From positions 186,001 through 250,000 of the forward strand of contig RHPI01003587.1 in assembly GCA_009103225.1 (NCBI GenBank): a stretch of DNA of 64,000 bases, written 5' to 3'. Position numbers and translations under genes: made by a program. Shown here in pieces: positions 63,682 to 64,000 of this stretch. The notes beneath the pieces were generated by a model. It made no database searches and had not been told where the DNA came from. It saw only the letters and a program-made list of their open reading frames with translations. This stretch comes from Chlorokybus atmophyticus (taxonomy: Eukaryota > Plantae > Mesostigma and Chlorokybus algae). Numbering within the stretch: position 1 is the stretch's first letter; each line of letters begins with the position of its first letter.

Positions 63682-63943
63682 NNNNNNNNNNNNNNNNNNN
63701 NNNNNNNNNNNNNNNNNNNNNNNNNNNNNNNNNNNNNNNNNNNNNNNNNNNNNNNNNNNNNNNNNNNNNNNNNNNNNNNNNNNNNNNNNNNNNNNNNNNN
63801 NNNNNNNNNNNNNNNNNNNNNNNNNNNNNNNNNNNNNNNNNNNNNNNNNNNNNNNNNNNNNNNNNNNNNNNNNNNNNNNNNNNNNNNNNNNNNNNNNNNN
63901 NNNNNNNNNNNNNNNNNNNNNNNNNNNNNNNNNNNNNNNNNNN
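63682..63943. other. Assembly gap (N run) flanked by poly-C
   Basis: N run between C homopolymers. Confidence 0.95.
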
Positions 63944-64000
63944 CCCCCCCCCCCCCCTTCCCGCCCCTACATGCGCACACAACTACATGTATGCGTGCAG

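Overview
Eukaryotic DNA, probably a green alga (short GT-AG introns, a plant-type thioredoxin o, a kangaroo-like DIRS element, TTAGGG runs). Only the first ~2.8 kb holds ordinary host genes: the 3' end of PLAA/DOA1 (+) and mitochondrial thioredoxin o (-). From ~12.7 kb on, the window is a nested transposon cluster whose layers I resolved by eye from termini, target-site duplications and reading frames that rejoin across insertions. One CACTA/EnSpm-like family (CACAC(G/C)G termini, GGACC-rich subterminal palindromes, 3-bp TSDs) occurs four times: 13427-15743 (TSD CAA), 16282-24903 (TSD TAT), the transposase-bearing 21.8-kb copy 28518-50285 (TSD ATG) and an inverted truncated copy from 56066. 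Nested inside these are a seemingly intact PAT/kangaroo-like tyrosine-recombinase retrotransposon (18229-24741), a decayed Ty3/gypsy chromovirus (38978-45149), and a pogo/Tigger element (56274-59417) plus its MITE (15118-15566). An older pogo transposase pseudogene is cut by two of the CACTA copies, and a DUF6729-type transposase-like gene runs off the right end. Most notable is chromatin-related cargo. The large CACTA copy carries a SET-domain/coiled-coil gene, and its non-coding DNA is rich in a palindromic GACWGTC motif. It inserted into a decayed gene whose C-terminus is a CENH3-like histone H3 fold. The non-autonomous copies carry a tRNA-like Pol III cassette. An anti-silencing role for these parts is inference only. 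All family assignments come from motif recognition; no searches were run.
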